Shown here in pieces: positions 35,616-48,100 of a stretch of DNA of 64,000 nucleotides (its first letter is position 1; each line of letters starts with the position of its first letter). This DNA comes from Squalus acanthias (lineage: Eukaryota): assembly GCA_030390025.1 (NCBI GenBank), contig CM059435.1:100068001-100132000 (forward strand), read 5' to 3'. Both the position numbers and the translations under genes were made by a program. The notes beneath the pieces are model-generated. The model ran no database searches, had not been told where the DNA came from, and worked only from the letters and a program-made list of their open reading frames with translations.

Positions 35616-37456
35616 GAATATTTCACTTGAGAACAAACACATTGCAGGAGGATTGATACCGGGGCTTGGAGAATTTGAGCGCCAGAAACAGCTGTAGGGA
35701 ACAATTCCATATATGGATGTTGGCAAAATATATTTAAGAAATAACTTGTTTCTGGAGCGGGGCTTGAACCCACAACCTTCTAACTCGGAGGCGAGAGTCA
35801 CGACTGGCACTGTAGCTTTTTTTTTAATTGAATTTATTCAACATTAAACACATTTACAACATCGTGATCATTCCTTTGTACCATACATTCATTCCTTTAC
35901 CAGTTTTTAGCCACTGAAATTTAAGTCGTCATTAAAAGACATTAACAACATTGTCACTATTCTGTTATACTGTACAATCTTTCTTTTACCATTTATTAGC
36001 TTCAGAAATTAAAGTTCAATCTATTGAACTTTAAAAACTGGTCAAAAAAATGCCATCTTTTTTTCCACAATTTTGACCACAAATCCAGTCTGGTACATCA
36101 TTCTGTTAACACAGCAAATCCACAAGAGATTTCTAGTAATAATGACACAGAAAAGGTTTCACTGAGAATAGCACAAAAAAAAACATTTACTTAAAATTGT
36201 TACAGGTTAAATATTAAATGAATTCCCTGAATTATTACGAAGGCCATGTTCTGTGGATTCAAGAAAACATGACTCAATTTTGTAATTATGTACTTAGGTT
36301 TTGAATTATGAAAATTAGTCTGATTCATTATTTCAGCTGCTACATCTCAACCTCACGTATCGTTGAAGCAATTCTATTAAAAAGGGACGTACACACTTGC
36401 AAATACAGCATCTCAGCTTGCCCTCTGTGGGCTCCGCTTGGCTTACTTGCCAATGGATAACTCCATTCACAATGGAGGCAGGCTACAAGCACGTTGGCCA
36501 TTCTTGGGATTGAGAAATAGGGCTTTATACATCAAAGAAAACAAGCAGAGCAAAACGTAGCCAGATACAGCTCAGCTCACTTCACAGCAATGAACAGAGC
36601 GCACTCTAGTTTTTAAGTTGTGTGAAAACAATTTTGGAGCAGTTGAGCTGCTACATTATATCACCAATATTGCTGTGGGCCAGTATAATAAAAATCACAT
36701 TATAGGTCACATAGCTCTATATTAACAGTTGCCTGGAGGCTCAGAGAAAGTTAAAGCCATCAGTGTGAATGGAGAGCTGGAAATGTAGGTTCAAAGATCA
36801 ATCCTAAAACAGTAAAACTGATCAGAGTTGCTTTGTGTTCTGCTCAATGGCTGCAAACCAAGCAATTTTATTTCAGTGCAATTGTATTTCTGCAACAGAA
36901 ATCACCTGTCCAGACACTAAAATCATGAGAATGAGCAGTAAAATCTGGATCTTTAGGACAGTGCTGTTCAATAGAAGTTGCTGACTAGCCACAGGTGTGG
37001 CTCTGGCTATGGCGACATCATTTTAGCCGTATGCACTAATTTTAGTAGAAAATACCTTACATACACTCACACAATACAGGTAAATGTACTTTACAAGAGT
37101 GCATTTACTTAACACATACCACTATTCAGTAATGAAGGAAGTAAATCACTCAACGATCAAAAAACACTCGTGCACTCTGTTTTTCGTCTTACCATTTTAC
37201 CAACAAACGTACAGAAATGGTTAAAGTACACACGCATACACCGTGCGAATGAGTATCAAGATCACACGCCCAATGACGGAGTCGATTATTAATTTTGTAT
37301 TTAACTAATCAGAAATGCAATTCGCCACAACGGGATTCCTATTTAGCTACATGTGGCTAATGTATTGGACAACACTGCTCGACGACATTAACTGCTTGAT
37401 AATACAATGCATTTACATCAACATCATCATCACTGGGTTTTGAAGAAAATGTTAAA

Positions 37457-37760
37457 AGAACATAAGAAATAGGAGCAGGAATAGGCCACTTGGCCCCTCA
37501 AGCCTGCTCCGCCATTCAATAAGATCATGGCTGATCTTGGGCTCAAACCCACTTCCCTGCCCGCTCCCCAGAACCCTTCGCTCCCTTATCTTGCAAAAAT
37601 CTGTCTATCTCCACCTTAAATATATTTAATGACCCAGCCTCCACGGCTCTCTGGGGCAGAGAATTCCACAGATTTACGACCCTCAGAGAAGAAATTCCTC
37701 CTCATCTCAGTTCTAAAAAGCGAACCCTTTATTCTGAAACTATGCCCCCGAGTTCTAGAT
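37457..37760 (-). mobile_element. CR1 LINE 3' fragment (another subfamily)
   Basis: agaacataagaaataggagcagga...gcagagaattccacagatt...gagaagaaattcctcctcatctc is a reversed CR1 3' end. Confidence 0.88.
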
Positions 37761-40167
37761 TTCTTCTTAGAGCTGCTAATTTTCTGTTTTTATTTTTGAT
37801 AAGTGCATGATTACTATTGGACTTTCATATTCCAAAATTCGGTTATTTTAGATCTTTAAAGTGACCTGTGCAGTTAAATAAAGGGGTTGCACTACATCGA
37901 TTTGTATTTGAATTCAGTTCTTTGTAATACACAAGCTCAGAATCACTTCTCACATTTATATAGCTGTTCTTTTCAGTAATACAATTGTTAGGTCTTCACT
38001 CATTTCTCTTATTATTCTTAATTCAAGGTCAGGATATGGTAGCAATGTTATTTAATTTGTTTGACAAAAACACCCACCCAAAGCAGTATTTCTTTCCTTG
38101 CAATCGGATGGGTGCTCCAATACATACAATGGTGCGTTCAAGACAATTATAAGCACACAAGTGAAGCCAACAGTAGCTGGAAATGGCCAAATCAATTAAT
38201 TAAGAAAAAAATGCCAAATTGCATGCTAAGTACAGATATATCATCTAAAACTAATAGTACTTACATACCACGTTAGATATTGTTATAGCGTGTATGCCTA
38301 CTTAAAAGTTAATAATGCACAGGATCTATATTCGGTCCCTTAGCAATCATTCATACTTATGAGAACTATATTGCCGTGACTGTTACATACTGCTAGCAGA
38401 CTTAACAAGTGTGAGGAGAAGGACATTTCAAACACTAGAATAAGCAACTGTAACATTGTTCCAGCACAGTCTTTATTCACAACAGTCACATAATTATTAT
38501 TTATGTTTCTAAATGCCCACTGGAACAGCAAAACTTTACACCACTTGTTCAGGTACTAAACACACAGAGTGTTAGCAGGAAAAATATTCTCGTGGAGCAA
38601 ATGTTTTGATTTATTGTTTCTTCTCTGATTTTCTCCCTCGACCCCATCCTTTGCTAAACCAGAAACTCCTGACGGAGTACAGTTCCACAGGCACCAGCAA
38701 CCCTCTGGTCCTTTACCCAAGTGGCTATTCTTCATGCATGAACACGGGCAATTCAACTACAGGGGTATCACAACTGAGCCCAATCCTGTCCTCACCCATT
38801 GGGTATGCCCAATTTGAGCAGATTTGACTGGATATCAGGAGTGGGAACCTTTGCCAATTATTTTTCTTCTGGCCTGAATAGCTCAGTACCTCACCATTTA
38901 CCCAAGTTATCTGGGGAGCTCACATCGACAGTGTTAAGTTGCTGTGTCTCGGAATGGTCAAAATTGAAAACTTGTGATTATATGCTGCTCTCTTGTGTCT
39001 GCTACACTGAATATTGCTTGCTTAATCTTGGCTTCCTTAAACTTACAGCTAAGTTCTGGATAATTCTCACGTGCCGCAAAGTAGTTGTCATCTTGGAAAG
39101 TACACAGTGGTACAGTTTAGGTAGTAAAGGGGTGCTGAATCACACTGGGAACCTGCTACACTTGCAAGAATAATCTAAAGCTTTTTCTAGATTTGAATTT
39201 ACTTTTAACTTTTGTCTGGATGTGAGATGCTGGCAAACAAACAGACAGCACTTTAAACTGTGTGCCGAGATTTTATTAAAAAACAAGATTGATAGAAGAT
39301 ACACAAGTGCAACTGAGGGGGTTTGTTTAATTCAGAAAGCATCGTACAGGAAGATAAAAAGTGTAGTTAGAAATGAATGACCGGAATAAACAGAGAGTTG
39401 GGTTCCTTTATCTTACAACAACCAAGGACAGAATGAATAAAATCAATTTCATACAAATCATTTCCAATTTGTTTGTACTGACAATTTTGCTTGATGACCT
39501 AAACAATATGGAGAAGCTTGCATATTCAGTTATTTTCAACTGCTGATATAGTACATTTTTCTTGAAATTAATGTAGTGCTGAATTACATTTCAGATAAGT
39601 ACAGGAATTGGCTTCCCAGCTGGTGAACATGGGCATCAAAATGGACAGACTACTATCAAATGTGCCCGATTACAAATATCTTCCAATGGCAATATTCTTA
39701 GCCGAAGCAGAGGATCCAATTTTCAAATGGAGTAAGAATTCCAATGTTGCTCAGCTTACCCAAAATATGCAATTACAAAAAGAAATTTAGGAGATCATAC
39801 AATTAAAATAACTGCATTACTGGACTTTCAGTCAGAGGAGACTGGGTTTAGGTCCAAACTTTCATTCAAACTTAGATACCCTCAAGATACAGTTGACCAC
39901 TATTTAGCCAGAGTGCCTTGGAAGGAGGGCAATCTTGTTAAAGAAACTATGCACTCTATTGGCTAGTATAGAGCAACATTAATGGTTGGCATGGAGGATC
40001 CATGATCCAGACTTTCTCATCTTCCAAGCTGATTGAAGACAGCATGGAAATGGGAATGTGGTGAATTGGAGATTTTAAAAATTGAAGTTAATGAGACAAG
40101 AGCAAATGCAGCAAATATAATCGTTTGCCACGATTCTGTGGCATCAGCTACTGAAATAAAATCTGAC

Positions 40168-40684
40168 GCACAGTTCTGGTCTCCATATTATAAAAAGAAG
40201 ATAGAGGTACTGGGGAAGGTGCAAAAATGATTTACAATAATGATACCAGAACTGAGAGGTTATACCGATCAGGAAAGACTAAACAGGCTGGTTCTTTTCT
40301 CTAGAAAGAGAAGACGGAGGGCTGACCTCATACAGATCTTTAAGATTATGAAAGGGTTTGACAGGGTAGAGGTAGAGAAAATGTTTCCACTTGTGGGAGA
40401 GTTCAAAACTAGGGGCCATAAATATAAGATAGTCACCAATAAATCCAATAGGGAATTCAGGAGGAATTCTTTACCCAGAGAGTGGTAAGAATGTGGAACT
40501 CGGTATCACAAGGAGTAGTTGAGGCGAATAGCATCGATGCATTTAAGGGGAAGCTAGATAAACACACGAGGGATGCTGATAGGGTTAGATGAATAGGGTG
40601 GGAGGAAGCTCGTGTGAAGCATAAACACCAACATAGACCAGTTGGGCCAAATGGCCCGTTTCTGTGCTGTAAATTCTATGTAAT
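40168..40684 (+). mobile_element. CR1 LINE 3' fragment
   Basis: QFWSPYYKK...MIPELRG...TRGHKYKIVTNKSNREFRRN. 3' end ttctgtgctgtaaattctatgtaa. Confidence 0.92.
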
Positions 40685-41334
40685 TTTAGCACTTTAAATG
40701 CGGCCATTACACACAATACAACCTTTCATATATTGGTGATAGTGGGTGCCCAATTAATACAGTTATCAGCTACTCTTTAAGACTATTTATTAAAACCTAA
40801 TAAGGCTCAGCTCCATCACTGATTGTTCCCCAACTCATTTCTTCTCATGAGGAAGGTTTCGCCCTGCCCAAAGGTAAATAAAACAAAGTGGCAGAATATT
40901 TATGTAATCTTACATCCTATTTTGTTTAACCCCGTTTGGTTGCTTTCCACAGATGACACTTTCACAAACCTGGCAGCACAGGAACCACCATATCTCAAGG
41001 GGTATTTGATTATGTCTGTCTATATTCATCCCTATAACCTTCAATCTTTTTCCAAACCAGATATTTATCTAGTTCTTTTATGAAGGAATTAATCAACACA
41101 GCATCAACGTCATAATCTACTAGCTAGAAGGATAACAAAAATCAAACTTCTGTTTTCACTTGAGCTTTTTTTTAAAAAAACTTTTATAACTCGCGACCTC
41201 CAGTTCAGTGTACGTACATCATCTAGGCCTTCCAGGCTTTGTAAGAACTGGGCCTGGTTTCCTTTGAATCTTCTTCCTCCAGTGAACACAGCTTTAGTTT
41301 TGAAAGGCTCTCTTGAAAGCAGGTTAAGGCAGCA

Positions 41335-41660
41335 GGTAGGTGAGCCATACAAACCAAGGAGGTGGCAGGTTGAGCCGTCACACTGTACTAGGTCAGCTAA
41401 TCTCAGTTGGGCCAGCAATATGGGCACTACAATTTTTCTCATTGTCCCTGAATTCGGGAGGGGAAAAATCACCCATGGTCCCCACTCCTGATTAATATTC
41501 AGTGATCCCTGCTGGAAATGCACATGTGGGGACACTGGGCAAGGACAGGATTAAACTCAGTTGTGATGCATCTCCTGGAAAAATAGCTGCCCAACACACA
41601 TCTAGACTTGCACATGAAAAATGGACAGTTGAGCAAGGTACTGAGGCCACCCATGGAGCA
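41335..41660 (+). mobile_element. Old SINE-like repeat (second family) about 90 bp from the exon 3 donor
   Basis: Blocks tcagctaatctcag, gggaggggaaaaatca and aggacaggattaaactcagttgtgatgc are shared with the other copies. Confidence 0.55.
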
Positions 41661-41747
41661 AAAAAGTCAATGCCTGTAGTACAGGGGAAAAAATTGACAG
41701 AAAAAGGTCCAATGCTAACACAATGCAACAAAGAAAGTGGCACTTAC

Positions 41748-41798
41748 CCATTTTCTAGGTCTACCCCTAGGTCGCTTCTCACCAGTGGGCTCAGCTTT
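41748..41798 (-). CDS. hmga2: HMGA2 coding exon 3 (KAEPTGEKRPRGRPRKW; AT-hook 3)
   Basis: Acceptor TTTTGGTAG (AG at 41800-41799), 51 nt, donor GTAAGT (41747-41742). Ends in RKW, as HMGA2 exon 3 does. Confidence 0.97.
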
Positions 41799-44700
41799 CT
41801 ACCAAAAGAATTGGAAAAACAATGTTATCTTCGTATGCTGAAGTGCTGCATTAAAGAGGTCCTGGTACAGCTTAAATACACAAGTTCACATGCCTTTATT
41901 ATAAACAAAAAACATTAAACCAGTCTACTGATAAAAAAGTTAGATTATTTTGTTAATCTACACACAACACAAAACTGCATGGTTTACACTATCTTGTTTA
42001 AATGGATGGTATGTTCACAATTCAACTTCAACGATTCCTAACAAATGACCTTATTAATTGATCAGGCCACTAAATCATTTCAGTCCCCAGCAAAAAAAAA
42101 TAACTGCATGACAACTCATTTCCTAGATCAACTATGTTTACAGTCTAGTTTTGAGCTATTTTGTGATATTAACAACTATCTGACTCCCTATGCAATTGGA
42201 GCACTCCACTCAGTCCTTTATTTATATACACTTATCGGCAATACGACAGATCATTAAAGAGGAGCAAGAGTTAGCAGAAATTACATCCAATATCTTTTAC
42301 TATGCAATTGAGTAAAATGCACAGAAGTATTTTTACCTTTTAAATTAAAAATTGTACCATAGTCTAAAATATTTGTCAAAAAATTAAATCTACATCTTAC
42401 TTTTTTGCAACTGTAGGCTTTCTAATACATTCTTACATAATTAAGATGTGTATCAATGGGTGACAATTTACCTCAAAAATCAGATCATTTCTTGCAAAGG
42501 ACAAAAGTTATTGGCCCCAAATTGCCATTTGTAGAGTCAGTAAGTTAATCTGATAACTTCAGCAGGGTGATTAATTTTCACAGTCCAGCCTATGATGTCT
42601 CTAACTAAATGGATCTTCCCAGTAAGTCTTAACTCTTAATAGTTAACAATTAACATGTGGATTTGCAAGTCACCTGAACTCCAGGGTTATTAAAGTACCT
42701 GAAACAAGGAGACAATTGACACGGGATCTGAACCAAGAAAGGTGGAGCTTTGTGTTGTACCTTTGTACGTTGCTATGTTGGGCACAACGGAAATTAAACC
42801 TGTGCAGTTGAAGGCAATTAACAAGACAAGGCCTGTTTAAATAATTTAATGGATATAAAGTGTTCCTTAGGCATCCACCCTTTGTTAAGTAATAACTTAG
42901 CTGTAACAATATATAAACCCTGGATAGGGTATCTGCCTTGCAAAATGATACAGTTAGACATCAAGATAAAATGTGTCAAAGGTTCAGGTCGGGGGAGTAA
43001 TTGATGGTGTACAGGACAGATAGTTGTTGCCAGAGATTATGTAATGTTGCCATGGCAGTACATGCATTTAAATTTTGCCAAGGTGGTCCAATTCCATAAT
43101 TAGGAATCATGGGTTACTTTACAAAGCACAGCATTTGAGGCATTAAATATACTGTTATACAACTGAAATGGACTCATAGGACTAAGGAAACCTACAATAC
43201 TTCTTTCTTGAAGTTTTTAACTCTGCTTTTTATTTTATTGGTACCAATAGTTAGTGCAGTCAGCATCATTTTTGAATGCTGACATTTAACTAAAAAATAG
43301 TTCTGTCAGATTTGACTTTATTTTGGAAAAAGATGCAGACTCCAATCCAGAAAACTAAGGTTAAAAATCAATCATTTTAAGCTGCGAACCCCAACCACAA
43401 TTTCTTCCAGGACAGGCATTGAACTCATTTGTTTCCTTTTGGTTTTAACTGTTAAGCTAATCACACTAATAACCTTTTAACTGCAAAGATTAAGCAGGAA
43501 TGACACATTTCTGAAAAAATCAATGTGGTGGTGTAATCATAAGTCTCCAAAAACTACTCTGCGATGTTGAGCCCAATTAATGAAGTATTCTTTCTTTTCC
43601 AAATAATGCGTTGTCAAATCCTTGTCACATTTTGTATTAATCGATCTCCAAATAAGTGCAGATTTTTTTTACATAAGCCTGAAGGACAAATCAATATCAA
43701 AAACAAGGTTTCTATAAGTTTTTCTTTAAACTTCTATTTTACCAGGGATTGTTAAATGTAGAAAAATTAGCATCAAACTACCATCTCCATTTAAAAGTAT
43801 CTTCACAAATAAAAATACAGATTAATACCACATTTAGTTGCTCTTTAGTTTAAAGTTTCCATTTCAATTACAAACTGCAAGGTTTCCAAGGGAAGACTTA
43901 ATTAGTAAAACTCTTCAGGCCTCCTAATTTCTGGGGACATTGAGTTCAATATAAACATCACTGGAAACAATATCAGGAAGAATTAGCCAAACATTAACTA
44001 GTTGTGGGAGGTTTACAGTGAATTAAGAGATTTGCATGCCTGTTTTTTTAAGAAGTTTCTATTTAAACAATCATAAACATCTCCCTCCCCCAATGTTTGC
44101 AATCCTTTGCTTTGTTAGTTTCTTCATGCCAATATTTAATGTGATGATACACTTGCCCTTGTAATTGCCTCAACAAAACCTGTTTTGGAACAGGATGCAT
44201 GTAGTCTCTCTACCCCTGTTCAAATCCCTTCTATTCTATATTTTTTCTCTCTCGTATCCATATTAAATTTTGCTTAGTTGTAGCATTTTTGTTGGAGACA
44301 AAACTAACGCATTGTAAAGGCTAAAAACTAGGTGCAATAGAATTGGGAGATTGGTTCAACATGAACCAAATGGATTTTTCAGTAAATGGGTACTAAGAAC
44401 TTACGTTGTCATGTTTACCTTTTACTCTGTTAACACTATAAATGGATACAGATCAGAATCACACATTTGAGGGTTTGTTGAATATTAACACAATCCTTCA
44501 CAGAGTTTCCAACCAGGTGATGCCCAGTATTTAAAGTTTTGCCAAATTTAATGTGCAGATACCACAAAATATTGCTTATTAACATTAGATATTAACAACT
44601 CAACATATTATCGAATTTAAAATATACAAAAGCACAGGTCTAGCTAATCTTTGTTGAGCAAAGATGCACCTATGAATCAGACATTTCTTCAGATAGAATA

Positions 44701-44963
44701 AACTACGATGTTATCATGAAACTGTGATAATCAGTGCAGCACACTGGACTGATCTTATTAGTAGAATAAAACAAAAGAAATGTTTCCCCTTTTCAATGCT
44801 ACTCAACTTCCCTCAAAACTGAAACAGAAAATGATCCTTCCTATGGGAAGCGGTCATGGTCTCTCTACTTTAAACTTGGACTCTACTCTGACACAGCAAA
44901 CTGCAGGAAATGTGATTCAAACAACACAAATTACTAAAATGGTGTAAATCCTCTGGTAATCGG

Positions 44964-45036
44964 GATGAATGATGGAACTCATTTGTAAACTGGATTCTGA
45001 TGAATGATTGAACTCATTTGTAAACTAGTCTTCTGA
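44964..45036. repeat. 35-bp tandem duplication in intron 2
   Basis: gatgaatgat(g/t)gaactcatttgtaaact at 44964 and 44999. Confidence 0.9.
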
Positions 45037-45076
45037 GTGTGGTTAATGTTCAGAAATGTTTCCAAGTTAATCTCAC

Positions 45077-45163
45077 CTTTTGAGCTGCTTTAGAGGGACC
45101 CTTGTTTTTGCTTCCTTTTGGTCTTCCCCTAGGTCGTTTAGGCGTAGGTGGTCCAATTGGTTC
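45077..45163 (-). CDS. hmga2: HMGA2 coding exon 2 ([29 protein letters not shown]; AT-hook 2)
   Basis: Translated by hand. Acceptor ATTATAG (AG at 45165-45164), 87 nt, donor GTGAGA (45076-45071). Size and sequence match vertebrate HMGA2 exon 2. Confidence 0.97.
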
Positions 45164-46498
45164 CTATAATTTAATACGGAACAGTGGCCAGTTAAACACA
45201 GACCTAAGGAACGCTAGGCTTCAATACATTAAATTTCTTTAGAAAGTGCACGAAACAAAACCGCACAACCTCAATATATAAAATTGGTGCTTGGTGACAT
45301 TCTGCAGCTTGCTGGGGTTTGTTTGCCTGTTATGTTTTAATTGTGGAAAATATTGAATGAAATATTACAGCATTGGGTTACACTTTTACTAGACACCCAT
45401 GTTTTAAGTTGTATATATCTTTATAATCCCAAAACATTATTCGCCTTATGTTGCTAATATGGCCCTTCACAAAAACAATTGCTATTTAATGGGAAATAAC
45501 TCCAAATGTTCTTTTATTGGGAAAATAAATGTGATGTGCACACAATATGTAACTGGACTTAACCAAATATGGCAAACTCAACGTTTTAAGCCTGCCAGAC
45601 AAAAATGACTGGTTTCAGTTTCCATTGCACCATACTCCAAATAGTCTGATGCTGTAAGTTAGTTTAAAAAAATAATGTAAAGTGACAATTTACCAAACCA
45701 ATTGTGATAGAGAAGCTCTGAGAACCAACAGGCGCTCGCCATTCAACCCGGGGATATCCCAGCTTTCAGCTCATGGACCCAATGAAGAGCTTTCATCTCG
45801 TGGGTTGAAAGGGGGTCAAATCCTAAATATCTATACCTTGAACCATCTCTTTTCAACCAGATTCCCATAAAACTCACACATCCTGGAGAGTGACGCTGCA
45901 AACCTGCGCTCTCGGCCAGCACCATTCCCAACAACTCGGGAGACATTTAATAAAAACAGAACGTGTCAAATCCAAACGGAAGAAAAGTCTGTGCAGACAT
46001 TTGATTGCTTCTTAAATAAACCACTGCCCTGCAGAGCTTCATGATCCGGGCATACACCATATTATTAAATAAACTGATCCTTACACAGGGCGCCCTGCAC
46101 ACAATATAAAGCAAATCAGAACTGGAAGTAAGAACACAAAATGTAGTGGGACATATTTAGTCAATTCGGACTGGCACCGAAACAACTGACACAAAAGCAG
46201 CTATTGCACTTGCCCACAATGGTGCAGACGCAAATAGGAGCGATTGTGCCCAACAACAGAAAACACAAGTGCCTCGCTCAAAGCAGCAGACAATCTGGAA
46301 ATACTGCATTTGAATGAAATAAGGTCCATTACTACGGTCCTGAAAGTGGCCGGAAAGTGTGTGTGTGGGGGGGGGGGGGGGGGGGAGATAATTGTGCACT
46401 TTCTAGCGCTCAAACGCTGCGGCGATCTCTGGACAGCGCAACATTGAGAAAGACTTTCTGCAAAAATATGGGAAAAGAAACCTTTGTGGCAGCCACGT

Positions 46499-46518
46499 AG
46501 AGAGAGAGAGAGAGAGAG
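46499..46518. repeat. (AG)10 microsatellite in intron 1
   Basis: Direct reading. Confidence 0.95.
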
Positions 46519-47041
46519 CGAGTGTGTGTGTCCCACAAGACATCAAATTAGGCGGGATTTTCGGATCACTGTTTTTAAATGGGTGATAGTGGAAAAACAA
46601 AAACAGAGTAGCCGGCCTTTACAGGGAGCTACAGACGACTTGGAAGACGTGAATGTGTAATAGATTACTCCGGTAAACTGCCTCCATTCAGTTTATTACA
46701 GCCCCCTCTGGTCCTTGAGTTTGATTATTGATCTGGGTGGCAGGCAGATTTAACAGTACAGTCACACAGAGGTCAGTGTTGAAAGCGTTTCCACACCTAC
46801 CTTAAACAAATGCACTGAAAGTCCTCATTGCTAACAGTGGTTTGCAGCAAACTCTCAAACCGAGCACAACTAAAAGCCAGAGAGAGAGAATAGAAAAGGA
46901 TGGCAGCTTATAACAGCAAGCACAACCGAGCGCACCCAGACAGTCTTTAATCTAATCCTGTATTTCTCCCCCCCCCCCCTTTCTTTAGATCCATTCGGTT
47001 GAAAGGCAGATCAGAAAGGGAAAAAAACACACAATACTAAC

Positions 47042-47146
47042 TTGCTGCTGTTTTTTAGGTCTTCCCCGACCTCTCTTCGGCGGTGTCTCTGCAGGTTGTT
47101 CCGGGGGAGTCGAGGACTGGCTCGGTCCTTCACCTCTTGCGCTCAT
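47042..47146 (-). CDS. hmga2: HMGA2 coding exon 1 (MSARGEGPSQSSTPPEQPAETPPKRGRGRPKKQQQ; AT-hook 1)
   Basis: ATG at 47146-47144 in context GCCACAATGA. 35 codons with the HMGA2-type N-terminus MSARGEG and AT-hook KRGRGRPKK. Ends at a phase-0 donor GTTAGT (47041-47036). Confidence 0.96.
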
Positions 47147-48100
47147 TGTGGCTTCTGACACTCTGGCTTTTTTCAACAGGTTAACACAAGAAGCAGAAAC
47201 ACCGGACGTCCTGGTGTTGAATGTGATGAGGAGGAGGCAAAAAAAAAAGCAATGGAGGGAGGGGAGGGGGGATAAGCTAGGGCAACAAATTGCAGGATGC
47301 TGCAAAAAGATGCACAAGATCTTGCAGTGGGTACCGCTGTTTTTGACCCTTCTGCTGTTGTTAATTTAATGGGAATTAGATGTGAACCGAGCCAGTTATA
47401 ATCGGCCGAGACAGCACACACTGAAATCGGGGCACTGCAGTCTGCTGCCAAGTTTACAAATAATGACCATACTTTATGCACCGTAAACTAATAAACGGGA
47501 GGGGACAAGAGCAGAGAGCGCAGCAGCCGCTGTAGAGGAGTTTCAGTGAAAGGGAAAGAGTTACTGGGGGGCGATTATTCGTGTCCAGCCCACGGAATGA
47601 GAATGGGTATATATATATTTTTTAAAAAGCACCTTTACCCGTGGGTGGAAAAAGGAGGGGTGGTGGTGGGAGGAGGGGGGGGGTTGAGAAAGAGAAGAGG
47701 GGAGGAGGAGGGGGGGAAGAGGCAAGACGAAAAAAAACCCAGCGATCAGCTTGGACAAGAGCCAGATGAAACATTCGGAATTCACCAACACTGGGGGAGA
47801 GCAAGCCCACAGTCAAGGCAGCTCACGTGTCCCAGGCTCGGGCACTCTGTAACAAAGCCTCTTCTGAATGGCTGAACTCCAGCAGGTTATTTAAATGCAC
47901 AGCCGTCTGATCAACATTCCGAGGGAGGAGTGCTTCCAAAGTTCTTACATTCCCCCCCCCCCCCCCCCCCCCCCCCTTGTTGTTGTTGGATCGCTTCATC
48001 CCAAAAAAAAAGTAAAAGGTAGCCGGGTTTGCAGTTTCGGTGCAATGTGCTGCCTGGCGACTGAGCACTGGGGCTGGCCATCGCTGTACAAAGGGCACCG
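47147..48100 (-). promoter_or_regulatory. hmga2: hmga2 5'UTR and proximal promoter
   Basis: Raised CpG density and no recognisable TEs. Contains a purine/pyrimidine tract at ~47641-47722, CACGTG at 47824-47829, TATA-like TTTAAATAA (minus strand, ~47887-47895), two CATTCC (TEAD-type) motifs at ~47915 and ~47948, and C25 at 47952-47976. The TSS cannot be determined. Confidence 0.7.

Larger units (their letters stand above)
1..41747 (-). other. hmga2: hmga2 intron 3 (>41.7 kb, continues beyond the window start)
   Basis: Begins GTAAGT after exon 3. I found no exon 4 (PQQVVQKK-like linker) or acidic-tail exon 5 by eye. A very long intron 3 is a known HMGA2 feature. Confidence 0.8.

Noticed and set aside
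41110-41918. ORFs overlapping exon 3
   Set aside because: They are chance frames across an old SINE and the antisense strand of exon 3, with no recognisable domain.
45077-47146. Assignment to hmga1
   Set aside because: The MSARGEG start, QQQ|EP, KAAQK|KAE, the RKW end and exon sizes 87/51 match HMGA2.
46985-47317. 110-aa ORF as an N-terminally extended, single-exon HMGA2
   Set aside because: It starts at TTG and reads through the exon 1 donor into the intron. Only 47146-47042 resembles HMGA2.
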